From NCBI GenBank assembly GCA_046563655.1, contig CM102289.1, positions 7,812,001 to 7,876,000 on the forward strand: DNA of 64,000 nucleotides, given 5' to 3'. The notes under the pieces were generated by a model, which was not told the DNA's origin, searched no databases, and saw only the letters and a program-made list of their open reading frames with translations. Shown here piece after piece: positions 47,401 through 60,650 of the stretch (position 1 is the first letter of the stretch; each line of letters opens with the position of its first letter). Position numbers and translations under genes: made by a program. The stretch is from Yuukianura sp. NJ FZ-2021. Lineage: Eukaryota.

Positions 47401-49352
47401 ACAATGATAGGTTTATGTCTTTTCCATAGTCGAAGATTACAGTTACCATAACGTAAACGAATAACAGTATACTCTTATTAAGCAGTCTAACCTCATTTGC
47501 AGCCCCGTTTGCCAAAAGTATTAAATTTCCACCTTCGCATATGTTGACAAAATTCCAATATTTTGGAAATGGGAATTCATGGTTAGTGTTAAAGTGCCTG
47601 TTTCTTGCCAAGAAGTGGTGGAAATGTGTCGTCTCTGAATATTTTTCGTATCAAAATCTAAAGTTTTTTGTATTCAAATGGTTTCTACTTCAATGCAGCA
47701 CTACGTTGCAGTTAGCCTAGGAATTTGTCAGAACAAAATGTTCAGCTACAGTAGTTCAGTAGTCCCTAGGTTACAATAGAAAAAAGGCACTTCACGAAAA
47801 GTACTTGCAAGTGTACTGGTTGGGTACGTGGGGCCACAAAAAAGCAATGCATAAAAAATTTACGTTATTTTTTTTAGTGAAACTTTCAAAAAGTGTGAAC
47901 TTTTTTCAACTTTTTTTTTGTTCTAATTTTTTTTATTTAAACTGTGTGCTGAAAACTAGGCTTCTATTTTAGGTGTTTTGAAGGTTCCAGGTCATTAGTA
48001 CGAAAACAATACGCTGAATTCCACAAGTTGGCAACACTGAACGTGCATTACCATTGAAATCTAACCCACCCTGTTTTAATCGCCTAACTTAATACCACAA
48101 TGAAATTCAGTTCCACTGTTGCCACATTGCGGAATTCGCTCTTATTGTTTTCGTAATAGTGGCCTTCTACGGTTTTGAACAAGTTGTGAAAAAAATATTT
48201 TAATACATTATTTTAAATGTTTTGCCGCGTCAATTACTGGATTTGAGTAATCCGGTGTTTTTCCTAGTGTAAAATGATTATGATTTTTTTCATGGAATTG
48301 CGGGATTACCCGATAAACCAAATCCCTAACACCTACAACACGCTTAACTGGAGTTACAGCTTCTGAGTGATGCAAGATTGTTATCAAGTGTTGTAAATTA
48401 CAAAAACTACAAAAAAAAATCAGACAATTTCTAGTTTTTCAAATAACAAATTAAAAACTAAATAGCCCTTTTAATTATAAATTCAAATTAATATACTAGC
48501 GGGAAATTCTAGTGATTACGAGTTTTCTAACTAAAAAAATACCCAACATTTCCTGCTTTTAGTACTTTCTAATTATAGTTAAATATGCAATGCCACAACC
48601 ACTTTGTAGTTCAAGGATAACTTGTCGTAAACTATAAACCTTTAAGTGTTTCAAGCCCATGTTTTAAAAACTTTCAAGTGTGTAAAGTTTTCAAGTGTTT
48701 TCAAACTTTTTAAAATTCCCCTTTGGCTCAAAACTTTTTTTCCACAGATTTTTTCAACAGGTTAAAAAAAGCAATGGCTCATTAGCACCTATTTCAAAAA
48801 CTTTAAAAACTTTGAGCCTATGAGGTTAAAAACTAAACAACCAAAATCTTAATGACGCCAAAAAAATTCTACACATTATAGACACACACACTTCGTAATG
48901 AATTTTTCTTACAAGCTCAAAAGTGGTTCAAATCTTGAACTAATTGAGTTGAAACCACAAATGAACGAGAAAAAATCAAAGCCTAACTTTTGCTAAACTA
49001 AACTAACTCGTTTCTGTGTAAAGCAAGAACTTAGACTAAACGAAACTTAACAATTGCTTTCAATTAATTCCTGTTTGGCCAACTTTTACTACCTTAAACC
49101 TAAACTAAACAAGTTTGTGACGTAAGAATCATTGGAGTTAACCTTGGATTTTTAACTAAACCAGAAAAACAATTTGACACTGACAAGGTTACTACTTTTA
49201 GGTTGAAAATTTATGTGAGAGTGGATTTAAATCCCACATGGACGTCAGAATTGACAATGACTTTTTATCAATTACTAAAATCTGAAATGAAAAAATGATC
49301 CAGTTTTCTCACCTTCATCTTTTTTGGAGTTTTTACTTGGGGAGCAGCCCAT
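32412..49352 (-). CDS. PDE8: High-affinity cAMP-specific phosphodiesterase 8 (REC-like, PAS and catalytic domains), ~18 exons
   Basis: First exon [13 protein letters not shown] (49352-49313). Further exons near 46514-46393, 45424-45343, 43907-43591, ~43000, ~42260, 41929-41758, 40755-40262, 39218-39016, a microexon ~38195-38169, 37866-37649 ([17 protein letters not shown]), ~37400, ~37030, 36719-36557 ([10 protein letters not shown]), 34667-34552 (HDVDHPG), 33638-33179 ([17 protein letters not shown]), ~32855-32678, and a last exon ending at TGA 32412. Confidence 0.93.
32963..33150. mobile_element. MITE-like inverted-repeat element in a PDE8 intron
   Basis: ttatagaatttatagaaagtatagaattta (32963-32992) is the near-perfect reverse complement of taaattctataagtttctataaattctataa (33120-33150). 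The arms are built of TATAGAA subrepeats around a GC-richer core. Confidence 0.55.
34958..35007 (+). repeat. (CCT)n polypyrimidine microsatellite
   Basis: cccctcctcctcctccctcctcctcctcctcctccccacccctcctc in a PDE8 intron; source of the spurious Arg/Glu-rich ORF 34421-34999. Confidence 0.9.
47989..48165. mobile_element. MITE-like element with ~55-bp imperfect terminal inverted repeats
   Basis: Left arm aggtcattagtacgaaaacaatacgctgaattccacaagttggcaaca matches the reverse complement of the right arm, aggccactattacgaaaacaataagagcgaattccgcaatgtggcaaca. Confidence 0.7.
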
Positions 49353-52300
49353 CGCCTTTTAAAATGGCAGTGGAAGCACAAAATAAGAAGAACAAATGAC
49401 ACTGAACAATTGGAAAAAGAGCTTCCACGCGCTCTGAATTTTGATTTTGTTTATGATCCTGAACAAAAGTCAGCACGAAGCACTCACTGACTGGCGTCGT
49501 CGTTGGTGTTCCTACTAAAACTGTTTATTGTACAACTTTGAGAAGTCTAAACATCATTTGGCACATTTCAAAATGGAAATTGTTCACAATAAATCTTTGT
49601 CTTAATTACAGTAGACACACCACAATAGCTTGAAAACACACTGACTCTCTTGATTAGTCCACCATTAACCCTGTTTATCCTGCCGTTTCCATTGTAAGTT
49701 CACGAGCTATTAGATTTGAGTACGGAAGCACTTTGACCTTTGACCTTTCGCCACTTTTGCATCAGTAAGATTTCCGGTGTCGGTGAACTCTAAAATTTCA
49801 TGGTCAAACCAGATTCAAAACTTAAGAAAAACTCTTTTCAAAGAAAAACTGAAATGTTCCAAGCGCGGGAAACCTTGAAATTGACGTGTTTGAAAATTGG
49901 GGCTGGTTTGGCTCATGATGTAACAGTGGTTGTGGCCAATGTTTCAAAAGTGACTTGTTTACAAAGTTTGTTTATAAAATTGTAGGGTTTGGTTTTAGAC
50001 TTGTAAGGGAGTCGAAATTTGTTAAATTGTTGGGGAGCACAATTGCCAATTGATTTGCGTCAAGGGCGCGACTATGGCCCTGGGCAGGGTTGAAATTAGG
50101 CTTGTTGCTGCTCAAGTAATCACTCACACTAGTAATCAACATCACAATAAATGTCAGGGGGAGGCCTTAACTTGGCACGAAAGTGTCTTACGACACTGAA
50201 ACAATCGAGTTAACACAAAATCCAAAGAAGTCGGAGAGCCTCGTGTGTTCAAATGGCTTGGTTGTCACTTTCAGCCACTGTTTTTAGCAACAGGGTGTCA
50301 CAACCATGCGGAGTTTTCGACGAAGAAAGTTGTCACTCCTACTTTTGTTCATGTCGCGAACATTATTAGGCTAACGGCACAAATACACAATCGGTCCAGT
50401 GACCAACAAACCATGGACCACTGAACTCCGTTCCGCGTCTAAAACTTTTGTGTCCACTTGAAAACTTTGTGTTCAGAATGACATGAGGACACGAGGGTTA
50501 CCTAATGTTATGTTGGCCTATCTTATCAAAAATGTTCTAGTTTTTAGATAGGATTTGATTGTACAAGGTAACTGCAGGCTTCAATGACGCTTTCCTAAGC
50601 GTCACACTCCAAATCCAGGTGAGTTGGATACGAAAATGTAATCAAATATTTAAAATCACAGTCACAGAGATTCTGGAAGTTTGGGATAAGAACTTGTATC
50701 CACTACAGGCAAGAAAACGTGGAGATTTTTTGCGTTTTTTTGTAAGAAGGAAGTTGCGCTTAATGGAAAGTGCTTTCACTCCAGCCTTCACTTTCTCTAG
50801 TCTAAAACATAACGTCTCCAGAGGTCGACTGGAAAGGGTTTAGACTTCACTATGTGGTTAAATAGAGATGAAGTTGGACTACTTTTTTAGAATTCAGCCT
50901 ATTGTAATGTGTTCTAAACTAGAAGCTTAGAGGAGCTTCTACCGCTAAGCTTAAACCTAGCTCATGTAAGTCTAGAAAGAGGAGAGAGCTAGTGTGGGAT
51001 GAGCGTCAGAGGCAAAGGATAGTTGGTGACTGAAATGGATTTGAAGATTTCTGAACCAACATCTTTTGTGAGAATGAGAAGAGGTTGGACTTACTATTAC
51101 GACGCTTTCAAGGCGTATAGAAAAGCTGCTTCAGCCGTACGAAGCTTCAAAGAGAGTCGGTCGCACAAGGAGAAAGTCTTCTCCCTCCGTCCTAACAATC
51201 TCTCAAATGCTTTCTGCTTTCTAGAGCGTCTCACAACCGAAAAAGAAAATCTAACCACACGAGATCCTTAAAGATTCACATTTCACTTGACTAGAGAAAA
51301 AAGTAGCGTCTTTTTTATGTATTTGCAAAAAAGGAAAAAAAAAATGGTTTTGATATCCAGCCGCCTCGAATTTGAATTTTTACTGATTTTTTTTTACTGA
51401 AGTAAAAACCACGTTCGTTGTTGGTTCGATATGCTTTTCGGGCTTTCTCTTCAGACTTTGTAGTGCAGATTGACATAAAAACAGTTTTATATTCCAATCT
51501 TAAATTTGAATTTTTTTGGTAAAGTTATCTCCAACATTTCAAAAAAAAAATGCACAAAATAAAAATTTATAATCAGAAAAGTTTTGAAGAAAGCACAAAC
51601 CCCTAATTGTAAATTCGCACTTGAAAATCCAATTCGGAGTTTTTCAAAAATTCTTCCAAAACTTAGAAACTTTGAATTGAAAAGTTTAGACTTTTTTTCA
51701 ATAGTTTAAAGGGAGAATTCTATAATTTCAAAAATTGAAAAGTTTGTATTACAGGAATTTTTATGCCAATGCGTTTCGTTTTTGAATAATTTCCATTTTT
51801 TTTTTTGCATTTCTCTTTTCAAAAAGCAGGCGCTCGAGGGTGTAAGAAGAGACGCAAGTTCTGAAATGTCTCCGTTTGAGATCAATACACAAAAGCTATG
51901 GTGTGTTAGCCCATGGCATTGCAAAACCGTATCCAGAACGAGCAGAATTGAGTCTCACTGGAGTCTATAGCAGTCTATGAGTTTACCAAAAAAGTTCCCG
52001 GGTTTTCTAGAAAAGCGTAACCGAGAATAACGTTCCAGAGGATTTCGAAGGGGTGCTTATTTCTTGCTCGTTGGATTTTCGATATCAAAAAAGAAGTGTG
52101 GAGAAAGTTGGGCTAACCTGACATAAACGAGAGTTCCCGCCCTGGGTTCTCACCTTTTAACCTTTAATAACATTTCCGCTTTTTCGGTTTTGGTAAACCA
52201 GGCTCAAAAAAATGGAAAACCGTGAAAACCACCGTGTTTGAAGAAAGTGCTGGGGAGAAAGGGGGAACACCGTGAAAAACAATTTGTTAAGCGTGTACGT

Positions 52301-55300
52301 GTGTGCTAAGCTGGTCATATTCAAAAACATAAGGTTCCTTGAAACTAACGAGGAGTAATCTGGAAACTAACAAGGAACAAGTCTAGTACGAAAGTCTCAC
52401 AGGATTTGGAAAATTATGAATGACGGGGGAAAAACCCTGCACTAAAAAGTCAAATGCAGGAAAAAAACCCCTCGTACGTAAAAAATGAAACGAAAACGCA
52501 GAAATAGCAGTTTAATTTAAATTTGGCAAAGTGAGGACTGTATAGTCTCATTTTTTTAAAAAAAATGAAAAATGATTATCTAAATCTTTCAACAGGAAGT
52601 AGAAAAATTAGCTCATAAAAATCTGTCTTAGCAAGTTTATAACTCAGAACTCATAATAATTTCTTAAAAAAATTCTTTTCAATTTTGTTTTCATATTTTT
52701 CTAAACATAGGCTAATGACTACAATGCCACATGGGAATAAATGTTAAACTGGTCAAACTATTTTGCACTTTGCAACTTTCTGAAACAAAAAAATTACAAA
52801 AATTAGTACAAATTTGTATGTCATCATAGTGGAAAAAGCAAACAAACTTTTCAGTTGGTGGAGAAAGTAATCAAAATGGCGGGAGAATCGAGAACAGCAC
52901 GTTTTACAAGTGTGAAAGTAACGGATCAATTAAGTTGATTACTTTGTGGGAAACATTCATTGAAGACGTTGCATAAACCTCACACGCCAGTCATCACATA
53001 ACCTGTTGCTGTTGCATGGAGCCGCCAAATTTGAAATGAAAAGACTTTCTCTTAGGAAAACTCTGTTCTGTAACAGAAAGTCCAAAAAGAACAGAAAAAA
53101 GCACAAAGCGTGTTTCGTTAGTGACAGGAGGATTGAGCACAATGAGTATATTGGGTTTAATGCCCAGCTCAATTAAATTCTGCCCTCCAGAAGTTAGTTA
53201 TTTCGTCTTTGGTGAAAGCATGAAAGATGAAATGTGTGACGTTTGTTCATAAATCAATAGAACTACGTTCATGGTGACCTATTATTCTAGCCTATGGGTT
53301 TTGGCTAACCAACTAATTTGGCTTACCTTTTAATAGAAACGCAGTACCACTGGATTTTCCTTTTCATCGAACACTACTATTTAGTTTTCCTTTGAACTCA
53401 AAAAGCAAAGCCTAAGGCCAATTCAACGCATTGGAAAATAAGAGTTGATTAAAGTGAAAGTAGGGGGGCAATTAAAGCCTTATAATTTCACGTGGTACGT
53501 AGCATTTAGGAAAGCGCTACAATAATAACATCGGGAATGACGCTCATATCATGCGCAATTCCACAAAATTTTCTCCTTTTTCGTCGAAAGTTCTTATTTT
53601 CCAGGCTCATTTTGCAAGAAAGTTCTTTGTTCGTTAGAAAGCATAATGAATAAGAATCAGAGCAGAGGCAACTTTCTTCCGTCTTTTGAAAATTGAGCTT
53701 AATAGTAAAATCGGCTTATGAAAACTTAATGACATGAAGAATAGAATATTAGTAAGAAGAGCGGAAAAGATTTAAAAGACGTCAGTCAGATCCAGAACAA
53801 GCTCGTCAACGTTTCATTTCCTGTTAAGCGTATTACCAATCTCCAGTAAAAACTTAACTCGGCTTTTACTTTAGTAGGCATACGCATCACGAAATAAGAT
53901 GATGAGAGTGGCGGCTGAGAGGAATAAGCTTACGAAGATGTTTGAATAGAAATGAAGTAAGAGCGTCATCTTCTTTTCAACTTCATCTTCAAGGTCCTGG
54001 AACAAACTGAAACTAGACCATTATGATGAATTCTGGATGTTCCCAAATTGAGCCAAACCCAACAAGTTGAAATTTTGTACCACGGAGCTTTTGATGTCAT
54101 TTCCATTTCAGGGAACAGACAATGTCACTTGTGTAATCTCCATGTCAATTCGTCCAAGTGATGGATCCTTCCCTGTTATACTTGGAATACGTCATCTCAA
54201 GCGTTTTGAATATCTTGGAGTGAAATACAAGGTTCGGCGATGATCTTCTTGTGTCTGTTTTCAGAATTTGAGCACGCGTTGAGCAATTTTTGCGTAAACC
54301 ATGGTCATGCATACTCCATGATCCGTCAAATTGTAAAGTCACGAGACCAACAACAGATCCAGCCCAAACCTCATCTTTTATGCATGGCTCCTAATGGCTC
54401 TCCTAATTCCTTCCTACAATCATTATATTCTGTTAACGTCCAAAGACCAAAAGCATCCTGACTTATGCAAGGACAGCCGACGCTTCGATCCCAGCCACTG
54501 GAACTGAAGAAAAAAAATAAATAGAGACCATATTTTGCTAATCTTGGATTTAGGAAATCCTCCAACTAAAAAATTGTGCAACTCAAAATCAGGTTTTAAA
54601 AGAAACTTTTCAGATCAGATAGCAGTTGTTGTTGTAAAATCAAAATATGTTTTGTGTACTGGATCAAACAGGTCACTATTGAATGAAAAGTTTTCATTAC
54701 GTTTCATATTGGAAATCAATTGATTCTGAAAAAAAGTCGAAATGCGGAAATCTTCACATGTAAGAAAAAGTTTTCAACGTTTAGCGCAAAACAAAAATTT
54801 GAATTTCGACTCACGCTTTTTGTCGAATTGAAAGGAATGCTGTATGGAGAAAATTTTCAGCGCTACTACTACGGCCGATAAAAATTATTTGCAAGAGTTG
54901 AGTGAAAGCCAATGATAGCAGCGTCGCCGTCAGCAGCGTTTCAGCGTTTACAACAAAAGTGCATTTCCGAATAATGAAGTTCTCAAGAATGTGATTTTGT
55001 TCATATTTTCGTCACGAAACATCAGTGGGTAAGGCCAGGCAAACTGGTGCCCTTTGACCTGTGATCTTTAAAAAAAAGTTGTCAGCATCCAGCATCGCTT
55101 TTCAACCAGCATTTCTTGCCCATTTGTGCCCAGAATTCTTGGCATACTAAAATGAAATACGAAAATAAAGTTATTCACTATGAGCACGTACGGAAGTAAA
55201 CCTTAGCCTGAACTCCAAAAATTCAAGGAAAATGGTAAACTAAGGACATTTGAAAAGTGCTTGGCGGACGACGGCAGTGGTTTTGCCATCCAGCTTTTGA

Positions 55301-56173
55301 GTTCGGATATGTTCTGGTCCAAAGCAGATTTTAAATGGAGTTTCACATTGACTTGCGTTGGTGACAAGATCTTTAGCATTTCCTGAAGATCCTTATGCAT
55401 TAGTATTCTGTGGATTAATCTGATCCTCCAGACTTTGGAAGATGACGACGTCGACGTTCAAAGTCCTTCATCTTCACAACTTCTTAAAAAATGAACTTGA
55501 TCCTCCTCTTACTTCAATTCCAGAGTGATGCTGCTCCATGTCTTGAACCAATGTTATTAACCCTATTTCCAATTTACTTTGAACCCTGAGATCCTTCGAA
55601 GCAAAAACATTGGCAGTTACTTTGATGGATTCTGAGAAATGGAGGAGCCTCTTTCAAAGATCCATTAAAAATAAACGTGTATAAAAGTAGCGAAAGGTAG
55701 CGCAACATTGGCGTGGGATGCTTACACCGGCTCAGGTGAACCAACATTCACTATAGTTATGAACGGTAAAATAAAAGAAGTTGACCTTTGACCTGGAAAA
55801 AAGTCACTTTGGATCAAATAATATGCAAAAAAAAAGTTGTTGATCTCTTAGGATCAGCCTGGCAGACAGACAAGAAGGTAAATAAATGAAGTAGCTTTTT
55901 TCGCTACTTATAACTAAAAGTAATGTGGGTAGGCTAACCTCTACAAAATTAATGAGAAAACATACAATTTATTAAAATATTTGAGTAACGTGATACTAGA
56001 ATGTGGTAACAAGTATAAAATTGCAAGGAGCGAGTATTCTTTTGAATGAAGTATTATTTTGTACCCTGATTTTTGCATTTGCTCGCTTACGTGTGGTCTA
56101 CCATTAGTAAACACATACAATGTTAAGTTTTTAGATTTACACAGTAACTTGTTGCTTTTCTCGAACGATCAGA

Positions 56174-56971
56174 TCAGGAGATAACAATCAGGTGTGACAG
56201 TTGGATCAACTCATCCTTGGCCACGACGAAGTAACTCAATGAACCTCTTGCGTTATTTGGGCTCGATTGGAAATCAAATTTCTTGATGCTCGGATCATCG
56301 ACGACTTCGCAAATTGCTACACAGCGTATATTTGATCCGATTTCGGAATGCTTCCATCCTATCTTAGCGTCGGCGTAAGCAAGTGAAACGTCGAAACCAG
56401 TGCTCAAGTAGGTTCCAAATCCATAAGCGCTTCGCTTGTTCAGAGCTGCAATCAGTCCTCGGTGAACCACGGAGTGGAAATTGTCCAAACCAGAGCCATG
56501 AAATGCGAACTTGGTACCGTACTTGGCCTTGCCTTCAAGAAATCCCTGTTTCGGTGTAGGATTGACCACGGTGTACAGGAAGCAGCGCCGTGGACTCACT
56601 CTGTCTAACCAAAGTCCTGTTTGAGCAGTCCAAGCCGTGAGGGTTTCCTGTGTCGCTGGAACTGGTTGAATAGTTAGAGGATTCGTAAATACCCAGTACA
56701 GAAGTTCCCATACTTCATCGTCCATTGGGGTATATTCGGTTATCTTGGACAGTTTCGGAATCTGTTGAATTTTTTCCTGGAGATCTTCAATTCGTTTCCT
56801 CTTGTTGACTCGGTCATAGAAGCAGGCTGGAAACGGCATAAGACAATTCTCTGCATTTTCAGAAGCAGCAGCCACCATGAACAATTCCGTTCTCAAATTG
56901 CACATTTGCCTCCTGGATGCGTTGCTTAAAATTTCTAGGACTTGCATGCGACACTCTTCAGTTTCGTACAT
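56174..56971 (-). CDS. PARP16: PARP16-like mono-ADP-ribosyltransferase, ~265 aa, no C-terminal TM segment
   Basis: AFHGSGLDNFHSVVHRGL, NKRSAYGFGTYLS, GWKHSEIG..CVAICEVVDDP and YFVV..ELIQLSHLIV match the PARP16 H-Y-Y catalytic domain. N-terminal PFP helical domain present. ATG at 56971 follows a splice acceptor at 56983. Confidence 0.85.
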   Translation of the reverse strand: MYETEECRMQVLEILSNASRRQMCNLRTELFMVAAASENAENCLMPFPACFYDRVNKRKRIEDLQEKIQQIPKLSKITEYTPMDDEVWELLYWVFTNPLTIQPVPATQETLTAWTAQTGLWLDRVSPRRCFLYTVVNPTPKQGFLEGKAKYGTKFAFHGSGLDNFHSVVHRGLIAALNKRSAYGFGTYLSTGFDVSLAYADAKIGWKHSEIGSNIRCVAICEVVDDPSIKKFDFQSSPNNARGSLSYFVVAKDELIQLSHLIVIS

Positions 56972-57089
56972 TTTGCTATCTCCTGAAACAGTTTGAAAAA
57001 TTAGTAATCCCAACTCCTACTAACCTTTGTAGCACCACCAGTATTAAGTATTACCTGTTCGCTTATTCTCGATTACAGGCAAGAGTTGG

Positions 57090-57619
57090 TTAGGTGTACG
57101 TTTTTGATACGTCAAACGTCACTGTGGCTAGCGCTGAAGATTCGTCCACCAGAATACTAAGAATGGTCAGTTTTTCAGCCGATTCTACCGATTGATGAGT
57201 TACACCAAAAGCTAACCGAATCAAACAGTCTTTCCTCGGCAGATCTTTTCTTACTCCCAGTCGTTTCAAGGGACCCTTCTAAAGAGTAAAGAAAATACTT
57301 TAGCATTGGAACATCCGATACCCCTTTGAGTACCACCGGTCGATCAGGAATTATTTATAGAACACAGGAGGTTGGACTTCAAGTCTTACCCTACTATATG
57401 ATGGACCACGGCCAGGCCAGCCAAGCCAGACTTCTTGTTCCCTCAGCGACTTGTGAATACTTTTACTTACTACAGTATAGTAGCAACAGCTAGAAAGTTG
57501 ACAGACATTGACTTAAGTTGAAAATTTATTGACCATTGCTCTGGCCCAATTTCAAATTTGATCTTACGTTGTCCTGTCGCCGGTGATCCTTCCGTAATGA
57601 CTTTTGATAATTGCCGCAT
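57090..57619 (-). CDS. Putative spliced upstream ORF (106 aa, unknown) on the PARP16-like transcript
   Basis: Exons 57619-57568, 57469-57390, 57278-57090 with GT-AG introns of 98 and 111 nt keep an open frame. A donor at 57054 links the same exon to the PARP acceptor. Confidence 0.3.
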
Positions 57620-60559
57620 CAAATCATTTGACTCAAATCACACTGAATTTCAAACGAGTAGAAAAAAACAATGAAGGATGACCAAAAAATGAAAACCGAG
57701 GGTCATGCTAAAGATCGGATGTCGGACTCCTCGGATTCCTTGGATTTGTGAGGGGTGCACACTTTCAGTTTCAATACAAGAAATTTATTACGGAACACGA
57801 TAGGTTAAATGCGCAGTTTAGGCGCAGATTAGAAACGATTTTCAATTTTATCTGGTTTGTTTTTTTCCTTTATGTTACGCATGTCGCCAAATGTCAATAC
57901 GATTGTATCGAAATCTCAATCCCGCCAAACAATGCAAAATTGTGTTTCAAAGTTTCACAAATACATATGAGAACAATAGCTACCTTTTAAAACAATAATT
58001 TATATAATTAATCAAAATAATAATAAAACGTAATTTTTAGAAAATCTTTTTCATTTGCATGGGACGAAAGCGTTCACTGTAAAAAAAAATTCTTGTTAAC
58101 AAATGATTTATTTTATTTGTTTTGAAAAAAATGCCATCTGCCGAAGATTTACCGAATTAGGCTTACAAGGAAAGAAAAACAATAATTCAAAGGTATTATT
58201 GACCTCTGTTGACCTCTTGTTTTGTTTTGTATCATCTCAGAAGAAATGTTGTGTAACAAATAAGGTTGCTCTTGCTCAACTCTTGTTGAAGTGATTTCCA
58301 AACTTGATAATTCAAATATCCGTAAATATGTTGCACAACATGTCCATAATTCCTGTTTATTGACCTGAAAGGTCAATACATACTTAGACACTTAGGTCAA
58401 AAGGTCAATTGAATTCTAAGTTTCGCTTTTTGTCATGTTTGTCCAATATCCAGTTATGCGCCATCGAGTGAAGACAAAGCAGAAAACAAACCAAGGACGC
58501 CAGAAGTTTTTCAAACTCCATAGATGGCGCTTCAGTTTTCAGAGAAAGTTGTTTACTAACCATAATTAACTCATTATTTTATTATTAACATTTTTATTAT
58601 ATTAACAGAAATGGATAAAACAAGAACTCTGCCGTATCCAACTTTCCCACTGTAAACAATTACGGGAAACCAAACACATGACTGTTTACATGTAACAAAG
58701 TTAAAGTGAAAGTTAGACAAGCTGGGAAAGTTTTGCCTTAAAAACGAGCCCGGCAGGTCACACTAGGGAAAGTCTTAGGCAAGTATCAAGGAAAGGCTTG
58801 ATTGAGTTATATTGCCAGAGACAGTGAAATTCCATTAGGATAAATTTCTCATCTGCCACGCCGTAATTTGATCATGAATTATTTTTAGTAGCATATGGAT
58901 CCCACACGCCTAAACTTGTTTCGACTTTTCAAAGTTCCAAAAGCCGAAAAGTCTAAAAAACCAAAGTTGTATAAAGTCAAAGCCAACTTTGCGGAAATTA
59001 GAATTATTCTCCCGGGAGGGATACGTCTATTGTATTGTAGTACAAATGTTGTTTGTTTGTTTTTATTTACTCTCCATGTCCTGTTCATGAACATAAAACA
59101 TAAAAGGAGAAACTCAGAAGTAAAAAAAAACAGCGGGAAAAGATGAAATGTCGACAGTTCCTGTGACATGTCTCTGGAAGGCCTAGTGTGTAATTGAATT
59201 GATGTTTTCCGTGTGGAGTATAAAAGTACAAAGGAAAGTGAAAATCCCAGCTTCACTTTTCCCTGTCAACGTTTCAACTTTCAAAAAGAAGAAATAATGG
59301 AAAGCGAAAGGCCGTACTGAAGATGAGTGGTTCGAGGAAGACGAAGATTTGATGGGCACATGAAAGTGTAACTTGATGAGATCATAACGTGATACGTGTT
59401 CGTGTCTTCCATGTCTTCTTCAGGTTGGAGATGAGAAGATGCGGGTATTTGTCAGGGCCGGGTACTTGGATTAATTAATGAGAGTAGTAGGGCTTGTTTG
59501 AAATGACAAATGATGTAATCTTGTTCCAAGGGACTCTCATCTCTGGTCCTTGAACTACTTTATTTTTTCCTTTTACGAACTTCCCGCTGTGCAAAAATTT
59601 TGCATTTGCGAAATTTTTGAATTATTAAATCCTATTACCCTTATTCTTTGAGGCTTAATAGAAGAGGAAGCGCCGAAGCGGAGGTTTTCTTTCATTTTGC
59701 AATATAAATTACAATTGAGACCAGCCTAAGCTTCAAAAATTTAAGCTTATCATAACCCGCCCGCCAAAATTCAAAATATGCAAATTTCTCTCAGTCACTC
59801 ACTGTTAAGCTGAGAAAAAAGAGAATCTTGTAAAAAATTAAGTCATGTTGAACGAAATGCGACGACAAAAATGTCAATTTCCGGTGAAAATTTCAAAACC
59901 AAAAACGCTCAAATTGCAATTTTTAACGTTTTAATTTAAAGAGATTAGTTTAAGATTTTTTATGACTTAGGCCCAAGTTGAGGTCGATCCGGCCCTGCCG
60001 GTGAAAGTCAAATCTTGCCGTGGGAATGAAATGGAAGTGAGACGAAGGTTGAAGCTGAAACCCCGAAACGTTCCACATCTCGAGCAGTGGAGATGGAAGC
60101 GCAGAAAATCGATTCCAGTTTTTAAGGTTGGAAATTGTTAGTTCCAGCCAAACCATATAACCCGCCTTTCCAATGTTCCCTCCAGCTCCAAATTTAGTCG
60201 CTGGTCTTTGAAGTCGCTGCTCTCGGGGTCTCCTGGATGGTGGTACTTTGGATCCACTCGTTCTTCGGGAGAACTTTCTTGTCTAGAATAGCTGGGAACT
60301 TGGAAAGTTACTACACGAGGGCATTCGAACTTCGCGCAGCACACTTCCTTTCCCTACTGAAAATCATTGCTGAACCAACAAACACAGCACGAGCACAGAG
60401 AACCTTTGCTCAACGGGTGAAAGCAAGGTTGAAGTAAGGCCGTGCGCTTCTATAAGACACTCTGGCCCGGATTGTTTTCTTTCCATTCCAGACTCAGCCT
60501 CCAATCGAGTGAGAATGATCTGCATCGCACCTCAACTGTCTCCACCAACACTTCAAAAC

Positions 60560-60650
60560 CTTTCTTAACCTGTCACTTACTCTAACGTACACTTTCCTTG
60601 ACCTGTCATCCAACTTTAACTGTACTGTACATTCCTTAACCTGTCACATA
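60560..60650 (+). repeat. Three dispersed copies of (t/c)cttaacctgtca at ~33-36 bp spacing
   Basis: ttcttaacctgtcac, tccttgacctgtcat, tccttaacctgtcac. Confidence 0.5.

Noticed and set aside
59310..59350. CTGAAGA...CGAAG as a possible hammerhead ribozyme core
   Set aside because: No GAAA core and no supporting stems; a by-eye scan of other CTGANGA sites also found none.
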